A stretch of DNA of 43,822 nt from a virus (Duplodnaviria > Caudoviricetes): IMG/VR virus record IMGVR_UViG_3300017774_006154, positions 1-43,822 of that record. One strand, written 5' to 3'. The position numbers and the translations under genes were made by a program. Positions 20,567 to 29,957 of this stretch are shown here, one piece after another; the first letter of the stretch is position 1; each line of letters starts with the position of its first letter. The notes below the pieces were generated by a model. The model was given only the letters and a program-made list of their open reading frames with translations. It searched no databases and was not told the origin of the DNA.

Positions 20567-20773
20567 CTATTCAATTACTCTTAGAATCCTTGATTGTGCT
20601 GCGCTTACAACTTGGAAGTCAGACTCTCCTGCTTTAGACAATTCTTTGTGAACTAATGTTTCTGCCTCTGTGGCGGATACTGCATCAACTAGATAAGTCT
20701 CCTTAATTTTTTTGGTGTTACCCTTAGTGTCAGTTGTTTCAAACTGAACTGTTGCTGTCCAATACTTGCCCAT
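20567..20773 (-). CDS. DUF4494-like protein (Bacteroidota-associated)
   Basis: G..KKIKETYLVDAVSATEAE motif. Confidence 0.7.
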   Translation of the reverse strand: MGKYWTATVQFETTDTKGNTKKIKETYLVDAVSATEAETLVHKELSKAGESDFQVVSAAQSRILRVIE

Positions 20774-20908
20774 AATATTTAATTTAAGTAATAATATATT
20801 TAATTTGTTTTAAACCTACCAGTTCTTTCTATTATAAATTCTACTTTTTATTGATAAAATCAAAAAAGTAAAAGTGGATATTAATAAAATTGATGCAATT
20901 GTTTTCAT

Positions 20909-21169
20909 TTAATCTATCCATTCTAAATACCCATACTCTAATGCTGCACTATAATGAGAAGTAGCTATATTTTCAAATCCATGAATTTCGATATCAGCTT
21001 CTAAATGATATTGTGCAAATTCTAAAACTTCCCATAATACTCCTCTATCCTGAGATTCAGATACTATATGATCAAACCTTAACTTATACCGTGGAAAATC
21101 TTCTACTAGCTTTGAATGAAAGTTCCAAAATCGGTCTCTTATTAATCTCTCAGCTTTACTCTTATTCAT
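20909..21169 (-). CDS. Hypothetical protein
   Basis: 86-aa ORF in the small-gene cluster. Confidence 0.55.
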   Translation of the reverse strand: MNKSKAERLIRDRFWNFHSKLVEDFPRYKLRFDHIVSESQDRGVLWEVLEFAQYHLEADIEIHGFENIATSHYSAALEYGYLEWID

Positions 21170-21170
21170 T

Positions 21171-21332
21171 TCATAAAATCATTATAAGCGCAAAAGCCCA
21201 CAGTATACCAGTCCCAAAACTAAACAACATTCTTATAGTAGGATCATTATCAAACCATTTGGTTTTAAAAACATAATGCCAAAACTCAAAGGATAAAAAT
21301 CCCATTAATGTATAAATTGCTAAAACCAACAT
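21171..21332 (-). CDS. 53-aa two-TM membrane protein (not in ORF track)
   Basis: Manual translation MLVLAIYTLMGFLSFEFWHYVFKTKWFDNDPTIRMLFSFGTGILWAFALIMIL; fills the gap. Confidence 0.6.
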   Translation of the reverse strand: MLVLAIYTLMGFLSFEFWHYVFKTKWFDNDPTIRMLFSFGTGILWAFALIMIL

Positions 21333-21337
21333 ATTAA

Positions 21338-21736
21338 TTATAATTTAATTTCTTGCATTTCTAGTATGTATCCCCCATCCTGTGGCTTAATACCTACTAT
21401 AATTTTACCCATCCACTCCATTCCAGTACAAATATAAGGTCCTCCTGAAGGATCAACCATATCTATTTTAGACATGTCTGAGGTGACTAAACTTATGAAT
21501 CTCCTCCCCATAACATAATCCTTAGCCTCCTCATCCCACTCGTGAACCTTTTTCTTGAATTCAATTAAAGGCATAGTACCACCTTGTTCAAGGTAGGCAT
21601 TATAAGCAGCTGTATAGTCATTGGGCCATGCAAATCGTGAATATCTAAAGCTACCGCTCCAGAAGATATTGCCATCACCTGTAGCGGTGAATGTGTAAAT
21701 ATCTCCATACCTGTTCTTATAAGTCTCTGTTTCCAT
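21338..21736 (-). CDS. Hypothetical protein
   Basis: YKNRYGD and MVDPSGGPY motifs; function unknown. Confidence 0.7.
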   Translation of the reverse strand: METETYKNRYGDIYTFTATGDGNIFWSGSFRYSRFAWPNDYTAAYNAYLEQGGTMPLIEFKKKVHEWDEEAKDYVMGRRFISLVTSDMSKIDMVDPSGGPYICTGMEWMGKIIVGIKPQDGGYILEMQEIKL

Positions 21737-21748
21737 GATATAAATATA

Positions 21749-22042
21749 TTAAATATTATTAGAATAATCTGAAAATTTTAGCCCCCACATTAATGAAATC
21801 ATTCCCATTTCTCTTTCAGCAATTAAGGTATTATACTTAAACTGTTTTTTTATTTCAGCTACGCCCCATTTTTGCCACTCCTCATTTTGCTCCATAGTCA
21901 TTGTCCATTGAGTGTACCAATTATCCTTCCTATCTTTTATGTCATTGTAAGTAACATCGTATCCTGCAATCTCAAACATTTTGTTGATCACATTCTCAAT
22001 AAAGATATCTCTTTTCTGTTCTTTACTTAATCTCTTTGCCAT
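21749..22042 (-). CDS. Hypothetical protein
   Basis: 97-aa Trp-rich ORF. Confidence 0.7.
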   Translation of the reverse strand: MAKRLSKEQKRDIFIENVINKMFEIAGYDVTYNDIKDRKDNWYTQWTMTMEQNEEWQKWGVAEIKKQFKYNTLIAEREMGMISLMWGLKFSDYSNNI

Positions 22043-22045
22043 AAC

Positions 22046-22267
22046 TTATAGTTTACCATATTTTTCGTTAATCCTAGTTGATTCTTTTATACCTAACCAA
22101 ATATCACTAAAAAATCGTTTTAATTTTTTACCAAAGGTATTATCCTTTTTATAGTTTTTAACTACCTCATCCTGGATTAATTCCAGCATTCGACCCTGGG
22201 ATATTTTTTTATTGTGTAATTTATTTTGAATATCCCTAAAATACCAGGTTTTAAGATACTTTGCCAT
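22046..22267 (-). CDS. Hypothetical basic protein
   Basis: Track ORF 22046..22285 starts at TTG; ATG at 22267 (MAKYLK) is more plausible given the upstream ORF. Confidence 0.55.
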   Translation of the reverse strand: MAKYLKTWYFRDIQNKLHNKKISQGRMLELIQDEVVKNYKKDNTFGKKLKRFFSDIWLGIKESTRINEKYGKL

Positions 22268-22409
22268 CTTTCTCTTCTTCGTCAAATAAATCGTGTCCTT
22301 TATAGTCTGGATAGTTCTTATCCATGTGATCTATCCCTCTTACCCACAAGGTAGCTATCATACCTGTAAATACCAAGACCACTGCAATTATAATTAATAT
22401 TGTTCCCAT
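22251..22409 (-). CDS. 52-aa single-TM protein (not in ORF track)
   Basis: Manual translation MGTILIIIAVVLVFTGMIATLWVRGIDHMDKNYPDYKGHDLFDEEEKDGKVS. Confidence 0.7.
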   Translation of the reverse strand: MGTILIIIAVVLVFTGMIATLWVRGIDHMDKNYPDYKGHDLFDEEEKDGKVS

Positions 22410-22420
22410 ATCTTATTTTT

Positions 22421-22558
22421 TTATAAGCTTAATACTAATTCTTTATTTAACCAACCAATAATCAATTCTAAATCACCATTTAACTGGCGAGTATGTGTTA
22501 GTTTTATGAAGGGTAAAAGATAAACTTGACCCCATACTTCATTAATCGATATTTTCAT
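22421..22558 (-). CDS. 45-aa hypothetical protein (not in ORF track)
   Basis: Manual translation MKISINEVWGQVYLLPFIKLTHTRQLNGDLELIIGWLNKELVLSL. Confidence 0.6.
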   Translation of the reverse strand: MKISINEVWGQVYLLPFIKLTHTRQLNGDLELIIGWLNKELVLSL

Positions 22559-22817
22559 CTTTTAAATAGTTTTGTTCATTTATGTAATTATCTGCATCAT
22601 TAATGTGATTACATTGGCCATCAGCATGACCTGCATTGTAATCCATTGTTCTTTGCTCCTTCTCTGACTCAAGCAAATCGTACAACCCCCTCTCAATCTG
22701 TTGAAGATGATGAGTTGTATGCTTGCCCATCAAGGTATCAATTTGTGAGTCTATTCTATTTCTAACCAGTACTATGGCTTGCTGTATTGCTGTCTGTTTC
22801 ATAACTAGTCCCACCAA
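22542..22817 (-). CDS. Hypothetical protein (MKQTA-type start, probably ATG near 22802)
   Basis: ORF track; pattern MKQTAI...EKEQ...YNAG. Confidence 0.65.
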   Translation of the reverse strand: MVGLVMKQTAIQQAIVLVRNRIDSQIDTLMGKHTTHHLQQIERGLYDLLESEKEQRTMDYNAGHADGQCNHINDADNYINEQNYLKDENID

Positions 22818-23305
22818 AATTGAATATTATGCTCTATAAAATCCCAAAGTAACTTATGTGCTCGTTTTTGTTTTTCTCGTGATTCTGATAATAATTTTTT
22901 CTGAACTTCTTCAATTTCTTTTGAATTATCCCATTTCTCATATTCCCTCCTTAAAAAAGTTGACCCATCACCTTCGCCCGTATCTTCAAACCAAAAGTCT
23001 AATACGTCTGATCCATATTTTTTTTCAAGGATGTCTATCCATTCTGCACCGTAGTCTTCATTGTAAACTTTATCCATCAGCTGAATTGCAGTTCTAATTC
23101 TAGATGCATTTTGTTTTGACCTATCTGAGTTTAGTTCATCGGATTCAAAGAGTTTTGCTTGTCTCTCCAAACTTTTCTTAAAGAGTTCTACTGAATACAT
23201 GTAATCAAAATCATACCCTTTCCAAATGATGGGTAAGAACTCAATTACTCTTTGTATTTGATGGTATTTTCTTTTAAAGAAGTAATTAATATCGATCCAA
23301 TTCAT
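22805..23305 (-). CDS. Hypothetical protein
   Basis: PIIWK..DFDY motif and C-terminal WWD. Confidence 0.75.
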   Translation of the reverse strand: MNWIDINYFFKRKYHQIQRVIEFLPIIWKGYDFDYMYSVELFKKSLERQAKLFESDELNSDRSKQNASRIRTAIQLMDKVYNEDYGAEWIDILEKKYGSDVLDFWFEDTGEGDGSTFLRREYEKWDNSKEIEEVQKKLLSESREKQKRAHKLLWDFIEHNIQFWWD

Positions 23306-23308
23306 ATC

Positions 23309-23488
23309 CTAAATATTAATCTTATAGTAATCTAGAACCGGGCCAATCATTTGTTCAAATAGTTCAATCTCTCTTGGGGTAATTGGAGCTTTTGGATGAA
23401 TTATTACACCCTTCTTCTCATAGATGTACCTTGACATAAGTTGCAAAGCCATCTCCATTGGAATTCCTGATATTGATGTATTAATCAT
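23309..23488 (-). CDS. 59-aa hypothetical protein (not in ORF track)
   Basis: Manual translation MINTSISGIPMEMALQLMSRYIYEKKGVIIHPKAP...DYYKINI. Confidence 0.6.
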   Translation of the reverse strand: MINTSISGIPMEMALQLMSRYIYEKKGVIIHPKAPITPREIELFEQMIGPVLDYYKINI

Positions 23489-23633
23489 TTATTACCCATT
23501 TTAGTATATCAATCTTAGCTTGGACAATTCGCTGAGTATTCAGTCTTCTCAAATTAAACTCAGACTTTTTAATCTCTGATATCTGCTGTTCTAAGCCTGA
23601 TATTTCTATTAGAATTTCAGTCTCTGTTTTCAT
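23481..23633 (-). CDS. 50-aa helical hypothetical protein (not in ORF track)
   Basis: Manual translation MKTETEILIEISGLEQQISEIK...AKIDILKWVIND. Confidence 0.65.
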   Translation of the reverse strand: MKTETEILIEISGLEQQISEIKKSEFNLRRLNTQRIVQAKIDILKWVIND

Positions 23634-23638
23634 AATGC

Positions 23639-23669
23639 TAAATATCTACTTTTATTTTTTAAATTCCTA
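23639..23669 (-). promoter_or_regulatory. Promoter candidate for the small-ORF cluster
   Basis: TAGG-N19-GATATTTA, same spacing as the site at 17730-17760. Confidence 0.35.
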
Positions 23670-23677
23670 ATCAAATT

Positions 23678-23712
23678 AAAAAAAAGACCTAAAATAAATT
23701 AGGGCTCTTTAA
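23678..23712 (-). terminator. Imperfect terminator after nrdA
   Basis: AGAGCCCTAA...TTAGGTC followed by a T8 run on the minus strand. Confidence 0.5.
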
Positions 23713-23716
23713 TCTG

Positions 23717-25351
23717 TTATTCACAACTCACGCATTCCAAAATATTCCTTGCAAATGCCTGGGCTGAGTTTTGTGAGAATTGATAGTAGAGAGTTTTAAC
23801 TCCCTCCTCCCATGCATACATATACAACTGATTTATATCCTTTGCTGGAATTGATGGGTGTATCATTAGGTTTAGAGATTGTGACTGATCAATAAACTTT
23901 TGTCTCTGGGCAGCCTGTAGAATAATCTCTTTTGGTGTAATCTCCAAAAAGGTTTTAAAGACTTCTTTAGTTGGTAAATCCAAATGCTGTACTGATCCAT
24001 CCTTCTTTAGAATGCTTTCCCATACCTCCTCGGTGTTCATACCATACTTCTCTAATTCTTGAGTCAAATATGGGTTTTTGTAAACACTCTTTAGCTTAGC
24101 CAAGTCCTTTACAAAGTAATTTGACTTAATCGGCTCAATACCCATACTAACCTGCCCTAGAATAAATGAAGATGATTTAGTAGGTGCAATTGCAATTAAG
24201 GTAGTATTTGCATATCCCTCCCGAATGGATCTATACTTTACTGGGTCTGAGTTATGTAATTCAATAGATGCCTTCTCAGTTCTTTCTTTTAAAGCTTTAA
24301 AAATTTTATAATTATACTGCTTGGCTTCTAGGGATTCAAAAGGGATAAGTTTTGATTGTAACAAGGAATGATACCCCAATACCCCAACACCAATTGCTCT
24401 ATGTTCTTTAGCAAACCTCCAAGCTCTTTTCATACCTGGAGATGTTTCTGACTTCTTAATGAATTCATCAATTACCGCATTTAGGAAAAGAGTATAAATC
24501 TCAACTGCATCAGTTTTCTCAATCTCATCCCAATGCAATAAATTTATAGATCCTATACAACAAACAAATGATTCATAAGAATTGGTTGGTAGCTGTATTT
24601 CAGAACACAAATTTGAAGCAGTAATTTCTCTACCTAGTTCTTTGTATGGAGTATTGTTATTGGTATTGTCCTTAAACATAAGGTATGGGAAGCCAAACTC
24701 ACTACGTCTCTGTATTACCTTAGCCCAGATTTTTCTTTTATCACTATCCCCACTTTTCATACCTTCCATCCACTTGTCGGTAATGGTCAATCCAAACTGT
24801 AAATTTTGAATAGGATTCCCCTCTGTACCGATATCTAGAAATTCCAACACATCTTTATGTTCAATAGGTAGATATACAGCACAAGCACCTCTTCTAGCTT
24901 CTGATTGCTTGGCTACGTCAATAGTAGTATCATATAGCCTTGCATAGTGTACAGGGCCATCTGCCTTACCACCAGTTGATATATCAGCTCCTCTATGTCT
25001 AATGTTGCCCAAGTATGCTGAAGTTCCTCCTCCATTTTTAGACATCATTCCAATTTCCCTAGCAGCATTTAAAATACTATCTAAAGAATCATCAATATTA
25101 GAACCGTAGCAGCTAATAGGAAGACCTTTATTTTTTGCAAAGTTAATCCACACTGGAGTTGAAAAGCTATAGAATCCTTTCATAGAATAGTATTCAAACT
25201 TTTCGGCAAACCCCTTAGTGCCTAAATACTTCTCAGCTGCCATTGACATATCTTTTATCCTCTGCTCTGGACTTTCAGTAATGTACCCCCTGCTCAGAAA
25301 TGTTCTACTATCATCATTTAGCCAATAGTAATTTTCATATTTGTTATCCAT
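23717..25351 (-). CDS. nrdA: Class I ribonucleotide reductase alpha subunit, no ATP cone (NrdAi-like)
   Basis: PISC, GGG, RRGA, SNLCSEI, IAPT..SS, KTLYY and C-terminal CVSCE. Confidence 0.93.
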   Translation of the reverse strand: MDNKYENYYWLNDDSRTFLSRGYITESPEQRIKDMSMAAEKYLGTKGFAEKFEYYSMKGFYSFSTPVWINFAKNKGLPISCYGSNIDDSLDSILNAAREIGMMSKNGGGTSAYLGNIRHRGADISTGGKADGPVHYARLYDTTIDVAKQSEARRGACAVYLPIEHKDVLEFLDIGTEGNPIQNLQFGLTITDKWMEGMKSGDSDKRKIWAKVIQRRSEFGFPYLMFKDNTNNNTPYKELGREITASNLCSEIQLPTNSYESFVCCIGSINLLHWDEIEKTDAVEIYTLFLNAVIDEFIKKSETSPGMKRAWRFAKEHRAIGVGVLGYHSLLQSKLIPFESLEAKQYNYKIFKALKERTEKASIELHNSDPVKYRSIREGYANTTLIAIAPTKSSSFILGQVSMGIEPIKSNYFVKDLAKLKSVYKNPYLTQELEKYGMNTEEVWESILKKDGSVQHLDLPTKEVFKTFLEITPKEIILQAAQRQKFIDQSQSLNLMIHPSIPAKDINQLYMYAWEEGVKTLYYQFSQNSAQAFARNILECVSCE

Positions 25352-25360
25352 ATAGTTATA

Positions 25361-26344
25361 TTAAAATAAATCGTCCTCTGTAATAGCTTTTTGTTTCTTG
25401 GAATAATCTATACTTTTCTTGTAAAAGAAATCCCCTTCTTTGGTCGAAGTTATTTCAATATCAAACCATTTAACTCGCTCTAACAAAGTAGAATCAATTT
25501 CAAAGATAGGTTGCATTCCAATCTTTTGCAAAGAATTATTAAATCTATTCATAATGAAATGCTTAATATTCTCTTTTGGTAAAAATTCTAATTCTCCAGA
25601 TTCAAATATCCAATCCAATATCTTTGTCTCTGCTTTGAATGCCTTTCTACATGCTGAATAGATTAAGTTTTCGAACTCCTCATCGAACCATTCTGGATTC
25701 TCACTTTTAATGATATTGATAAGTTCTGCTCCAAAATTGCCATGTATTTCCTCTTCTTTTGAAGTTGCTTCAACAACATTAGAAATTCCCTTAAATAGAT
25801 TCTTTTCCTTGTTAAAAGACATCATAATTAGGAACTGAGAAAACAAAGATACATGCTCAATGAATAGAGAAAAAAGCAACACTGATTTAGTGTACATTTT
25901 ATCATCTTTGCTTCTAGATCCATCTAAATATTTAGTTAGGTATGCTATGCGATCTTTAATTGCAGGTATCTCAACTACAGTTAAAAACTCATCCTCCAAT
26001 CCCAATATTCTCAATAGCCTTGCATAAGCATCCTTATGTCTAACTTCACTCTCCGCAAACGTCATCCCCACATCACCAATTTCAGTAATTGGCATTCTCT
26101 TGTATAAATCCGCCCAAAATGTTTTTACATTAACTTCAATTTGAGCAATTGATAGCATTGTTTTTTTAATAACGTCCCTTTCGTTATCAGTTATACCAAC
26201 CTTAAAATCGTTTATATCAGTTGTAAAGTTATACTCAGTATCAATCCAATAAGAGTGTCGGATGGCATCTTTGTATAGTAATAGGGATGGGTAATCATAA
26301 GGTAAAATATTTACCCTTCGGTTGAATATACTTTTCTTTTCCAT
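25361..26344 (-). CDS. nrdB: Class I ribonucleotide reductase beta subunit (NrdBi / class Id-like)
   Basis: QIEV.VK, E..RH..AY, IEHVSLFSQF, EEIH and DFF motifs. Confidence 0.93.
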   Translation of the reverse strand: MEKKSIFNRRVNILPYDYPSLLLYKDAIRHSYWIDTEYNFTTDINDFKVGITDNERDVIKKTMLSIAQIEVNVKTFWADLYKRMPITEIGDVGMTFAESEVRHKDAYARLLRILGLEDEFLTVVEIPAIKDRIAYLTKYLDGSRSKDDKMYTKSVLLFSLFIEHVSLFSQFLIMMSFNKEKNLFKGISNVVEATSKEEEIHGNFGAELINIIKSENPEWFDEEFENLIYSACRKAFKAETKILDWIFESGELEFLPKENIKHFIMNRFNNSLQKIGMQPIFEIDSTLLERVKWFDIEITSTKEGDFFYKKSIDYSKKQKAITEDDLF

Positions 26345-26400
26345 TTACTTTTTTTGGTTTTTTATAAATTAGACGTAGTAATAAATACGATATATAACTA

Positions 26401-27732
26401 CTATTGAATACTAGATGCGAACAATTTTTTAGCTATATCTGAGTACTTATTTCTAGGGTCTGAATCTTCATCCATAACTCCTTCAATTGTTATGTGTCCA
26501 GTATCGGTATTAACCTTAGCATCGTAAGTCATACCATCGTGACCATACCTATTTTTCATAATGTGAATTCTACCGGTGCCCAATACCTTATCCTCTTTTT
26601 TCCTAGATAAAGATATACACATGTCCGCAACCATCATCTTATCGTAAGAACCTGCCGCTTTGTCACCTTCAATAACATCGTCCTTGGCTCCTGTTCTGTT
26701 AACTTGAGATGGTGTTAAGAATGGTATTTTTAAATCCTTAGCTAAAGCTTTTGTTGCAATGAACACATCATCAATCTCGTCCTTTCTCTCAGACCTATAT
26801 CCTTTACCTGCTGGCTTTAAATAATCCACATAGTCAATGATTACTAAGTCTGGCTTAAAGCCTAAATCAGTAGTTCTCTGTATGTGGGATCTAATAGTAT
26901 TTACAGAAGCTTGCTTGGGGCCATACTCCTTAATAGTTAAATTGCCTTTTAACTTATCAATCTGAGATTCAACTACAGTTCGTTTATGCTTTAATTCATC
27001 CAAAGTAAATCCTGTTATATTGGCATCAAATCTTTTACCAACATAATCCTGTCCCAATTCAAGAGTATAGTAGTTAACATTAAATCCTAACTTCAATGCG
27101 TGAGCAGCACAGGCTACCATCATCCAAGACTTACCTCCCCCTGGATTACCAAATACAATTGCTAAATCCCCAGGCCCCCAACCCCCTTGAAATACTTCAT
27201 TCATAACTGGCCATGGGGTAGGTACTACAGGTCTATAATCATCTCTGTATCTAGATTCTATATCCTTGTTGTATTCGTGACCAATATCTTGATCCATACC
27301 TGCCTTCATTGCTAACTCAACCCTATTTCTAATTCCATCAAAATCACCAGACTTAAGTAAGTCAGCAGAGTCTAAAATAGCAGCTTTCATCTTTTGGTTT
27401 CTACAGAACTTAGTAAACTCTTCAGTTACGTAATCTATATCCTCCTTAGAAGATTCTATAGCATTCCTCAACTCCTCTTTTATTGCAACTTTAAGTAATT
27501 GGTTATCAACTTTCTGAAGTTCTACTTTTAGTACCTCTAATGTAATTGTTGCATGCCTCTTATCAAAGTATTCTAAAATATTGTGTAATATCCATTTATG
27601 TGAGTCTGAATCAAAGTAGTCTACCTCCATAGCACTTCTCACATTAAGGAGAAATGACTTGTCATTTAACAATGCATTGATAACTTTTAGCTGGAAACCT
27701 TTTCCATACTGTAGAAGCGAATTTAAAGTCAT
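26401..27732 (-). CDS. dnaB: DnaB-like (SF4) replicative helicase
   Basis: GNPGGGKS Walker A, TLE, IIDYVD, SQVNR, KNRYG. Confidence 0.92.
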   Translation of the reverse strand: MTLNSLLQYGKGFQLKVINALLNDKSFLLNVRSAMEVDYFDSDSHKWILHNILEYFDKRHATITLEVLKVELQKVDNQLLKVAIKEELRNAIESSKEDIDYVTEEFTKFCRNQKMKAAILDSADLLKSGDFDGIRNRVELAMKAGMDQDIGHEYNKDIESRYRDDYRPVVPTPWPVMNEVFQGGWGPGDLAIVFGNPGGGKSWMMVACAAHALKLGFNVNYYTLELGQDYVGKRFDANITGFTLDELKHKRTVVESQIDKLKGNLTIKEYGPKQASVNTIRSHIQRTTDLGFKPDLVIIDYVDYLKPAGKGYRSERKDEIDDVFIATKALAKDLKIPFLTPSQVNRTGAKDDVIEGDKAAGSYDKMMVADMCISLSRKKEDKVLGTGRIHIMKNRYGHDGMTYDAKVNTDTGHITIEGVMDEDSDPRNKYSDIAKKLFASSIQ

Positions 27733-27744
27733 AACTATTATTTT

Positions 27745-28770
27745 TTATTTGTTCTTTGCAAATATTGTGAGATCGACAAATAATTCCAACCAGCTTTCGT
27801 TTTTTGTACTAGGCCCTTGGATTTTATCTATCTCTATTAATCTTAAAAATGCACCGTGGTGTAGCTTGAAATTAGGCTCTGAAAGGATTTCAAACATTTG
27901 GTCGATTTCAAATTCAGTAAGTATGGTGTCCTGTAAATCCATTAAAGACATATTCCTCTTCACTAAATCCCATTCATGGATCAATTTAGCATAAATGTTT
28001 TTTAAATCCAATCGCAGTTCACTAATATCGTACAAATAGTCTAAAGTTATTTCAGGATTATCGACTAGCTCTGGGAATTCTTTAATTAACGTCTTTACTC
28101 CAACTCCTTTTACTCCTCTTAGATTATCTGAGGCATCTCCAGCTATTGCTTTTACTATGTTGTAATTCTTAGGGTGAACCTGTAATGCTTCTAAAACATT
28201 TCTACTATCGTATAACTCCTTTTTAATAGGATTGTATACCTCCACCCCAGGTCTTACTAGCTGAAGAAAATCCTTATCTGTGGATATTATAGTAGATTTC
28301 CTACCTCTGTTTGCATATTCTTGACATAAAAATGCAATAATATCATCAGCCTCATACTTTTCTATATCTAAAACAGATACCGGTAGACATTTTAAATAAT
28401 CTTGAAGTCTTTCTACTTGTCCCTGTATAGATTCCATCTCCTCCGCTTTGGATTCGAATAGCCCCCAGTTAGTTATTCTTGTAGTGGGTCTCTGAGCCTT
28501 ATAGTTGGGGTCTATGCTCTTTCTATTAACTGTTGACCCCTTACCATCAAATACACAGATAACTCGTGTAGGGTCAAATAATCGAACCATAGAGCCTAAG
28601 GATTTTAAGAACCCCTGTAACCCTCCAATGTGGTTACCCTCTGGATCTAAAGCTTTAACCATTGCGAAGTTACGAATAAACATATTCATGCCATCAATAA
28701 GCAGAACATGATCATTTAATTTCCTAACTTCTTTCTTTTGGATTTTATCCAACAGATTCTTATAACTCAT
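27745..28770 (-). CDS. 5'-3' exonuclease / T4 RNase H-like flap endonuclease
   Basis: LIDG, VFDG, YKAQR, EADD, STDKDFLQL, GDASDN..GVKGVG.KT. Confidence 0.92.
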   Translation of the reverse strand: MSYKNLLDKIQKKEVRKLNDHVLLIDGMNMFIRNFAMVKALDPEGNHIGGLQGFLKSLGSMVRLFDPTRVICVFDGKGSTVNRKSIDPNYKAQRPTTRITNWGLFESKAEEMESIQGQVERLQDYLKCLPVSVLDIEKYEADDIIAFLCQEYANRGRKSTIISTDKDFLQLVRPGVEVYNPIKKELYDSRNVLEALQVHPKNYNIVKAIAGDASDNLRGVKGVGVKTLIKEFPELVDNPEITLDYLYDISELRLDLKNIYAKLIHEWDLVKRNMSLMDLQDTILTEFEIDQMFEILSEPNFKLHHGAFLRLIEIDKIQGPSTKNESWLELFVDLTIFAKNK

Positions 28771-28808
28771 TGTCGTAACTGATTAAATTTAAAATATAGT
28801 ACCCTTAT

Positions 28809-28851
28809 ATGAATTACCCATTGGCGTTAACCAATGGGCTTTTTAATTCAT
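28809..28851. terminator. Long intergenic stem-loop
   Basis: ATGAATTA-CCCATTGG-CGTTAA-CCAATGGG-(CTTTT)-TAATTCAT. Confidence 0.55.
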
Positions 28852-28872
28852 AGTTAAATATACTAACTAAAT

Positions 28873-29955
28873 TTAATCTAAGTCATGGATCGCCTCAGAA
28901 TCAAAAATTATTCTATCCTCTTCCATATCACCCTCCTCAATAAGATCAAAATCAGTAGTTCCTAATATACTCAACCACTTATCCTTATGTTCTGTCTTGT
29001 ATTTTTCAATTGCCTTAGGAAAATCCTCTATAAATCCATGTGGAGTCATTACAATCTTACCCCTAGTAGTAATACCGTTGATGTGATTCTTTTCCACTTG
29101 AACATTAGTCCTTTTAGCAAACTCAACCTGCTTACCGCTTTTAGTAGCTTTAATTTTGGAGGTACCTGGATTAGTTACGTTTCCAAAAGTTACAATCAAA
29201 GTAGCATCAAACCACATAGCTTTACCTCCTTTATTTTCCAACTTAGGTTGGCCCATAGGATGTTCTGCTTTCATAGTCCATACCTTGTTAATAGCAACTA
29301 AAGTATTGGTGTAGGGCTGACCTTCTTTTCTAGACAGTAGAATCTTTTGATTTAGATTATTACCAAATTGAGTAGACATAGCCCCTGCGTTCCACTCATT
29401 ATTATTTTTCTGAGATCTTACAGATAGTTCACAAGGAACTGATCCAATTGAATCCCAGAAGAAACATAAGTCATGAGGTAGATTACCCTTAGCTTGTTCA
29501 TCCATGAGGTCTGACATATATGCAGCTACATCCTCAATAGTATTAAGAGTACCTCTATCAGCATACAAGAAGAATCCTTCATAGTCTACTAACTCTCCAG
29601 TACTCTCATCGAATACCTCATTAAATTTAAATCCCATCTCTTTTGCATGTTCCCATGACCACTTCATTTCAGTGATAATTAAAACAGGTAGGACATTCAT
29701 TTTTTGAGCCGCAACAGCAGTTTCCAACAACGCAGTAGTCTTTCCAGTATCGGAGTGACCTCTAAGCAAAGTAATATGTCCCATAGGGATGCCTTGCAAA
29801 GATGTAATATCTTGAAATGCTTTAGATATTGGTAGCCACTGCTGGTCCTTAAATTTTACTGAATTGGATGAATAACCTTTCTTCTTTTTAAAGTTAGAAA
29901 GATTAAAGCTACTCTGGACCTTTAGAGTAGCTTTTTCTTTTGTTGTCTTATTCAT
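28873..29955 (-). CDS. RecA/UvsX-like recombinase
   Basis: GIPMG, Walker A GHSDTGKTT, TE, WDSIG, GGKA and KN motifs. Confidence 0.9.
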   Translation of the reverse strand: MNKTTKEKATLKVQSSFNLSNFKKKKGYSSNSVKFKDQQWLPISKAFQDITSLQGIPMGHITLLRGHSDTGKTTALLETAVAAQKMNVLPVLIITEMKWSWEHAKEMGFKFNEVFDESTGELVDYEGFFLYADRGTLNTIEDVAAYMSDLMDEQAKGNLPHDLCFFWDSIGSVPCELSVRSQKNNNEWNAGAMSTQFGNNLNQKILLSRKEGQPYTNTLVAINKVWTMKAEHPMGQPKLENKGGKAMWFDATLIVTFGNVTNPGTSKIKATKSGKQVEFAKRTNVQVEKNHINGITTRGKIVMTPHGFIEDFPKAIEKYKTEHKDKWLSILGTTDFDLIEEGDMEEDRIIFDSEAIHDLD

Positions 29956-29957
29956 TA

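Noticed and set aside
17943-27732. Inteins or introns in polA, nrdA or dnaB
   Set aside because: Protein lengths are compact and motifs are uninterrupted; no splice or homing-endonuclease signatures were seen.
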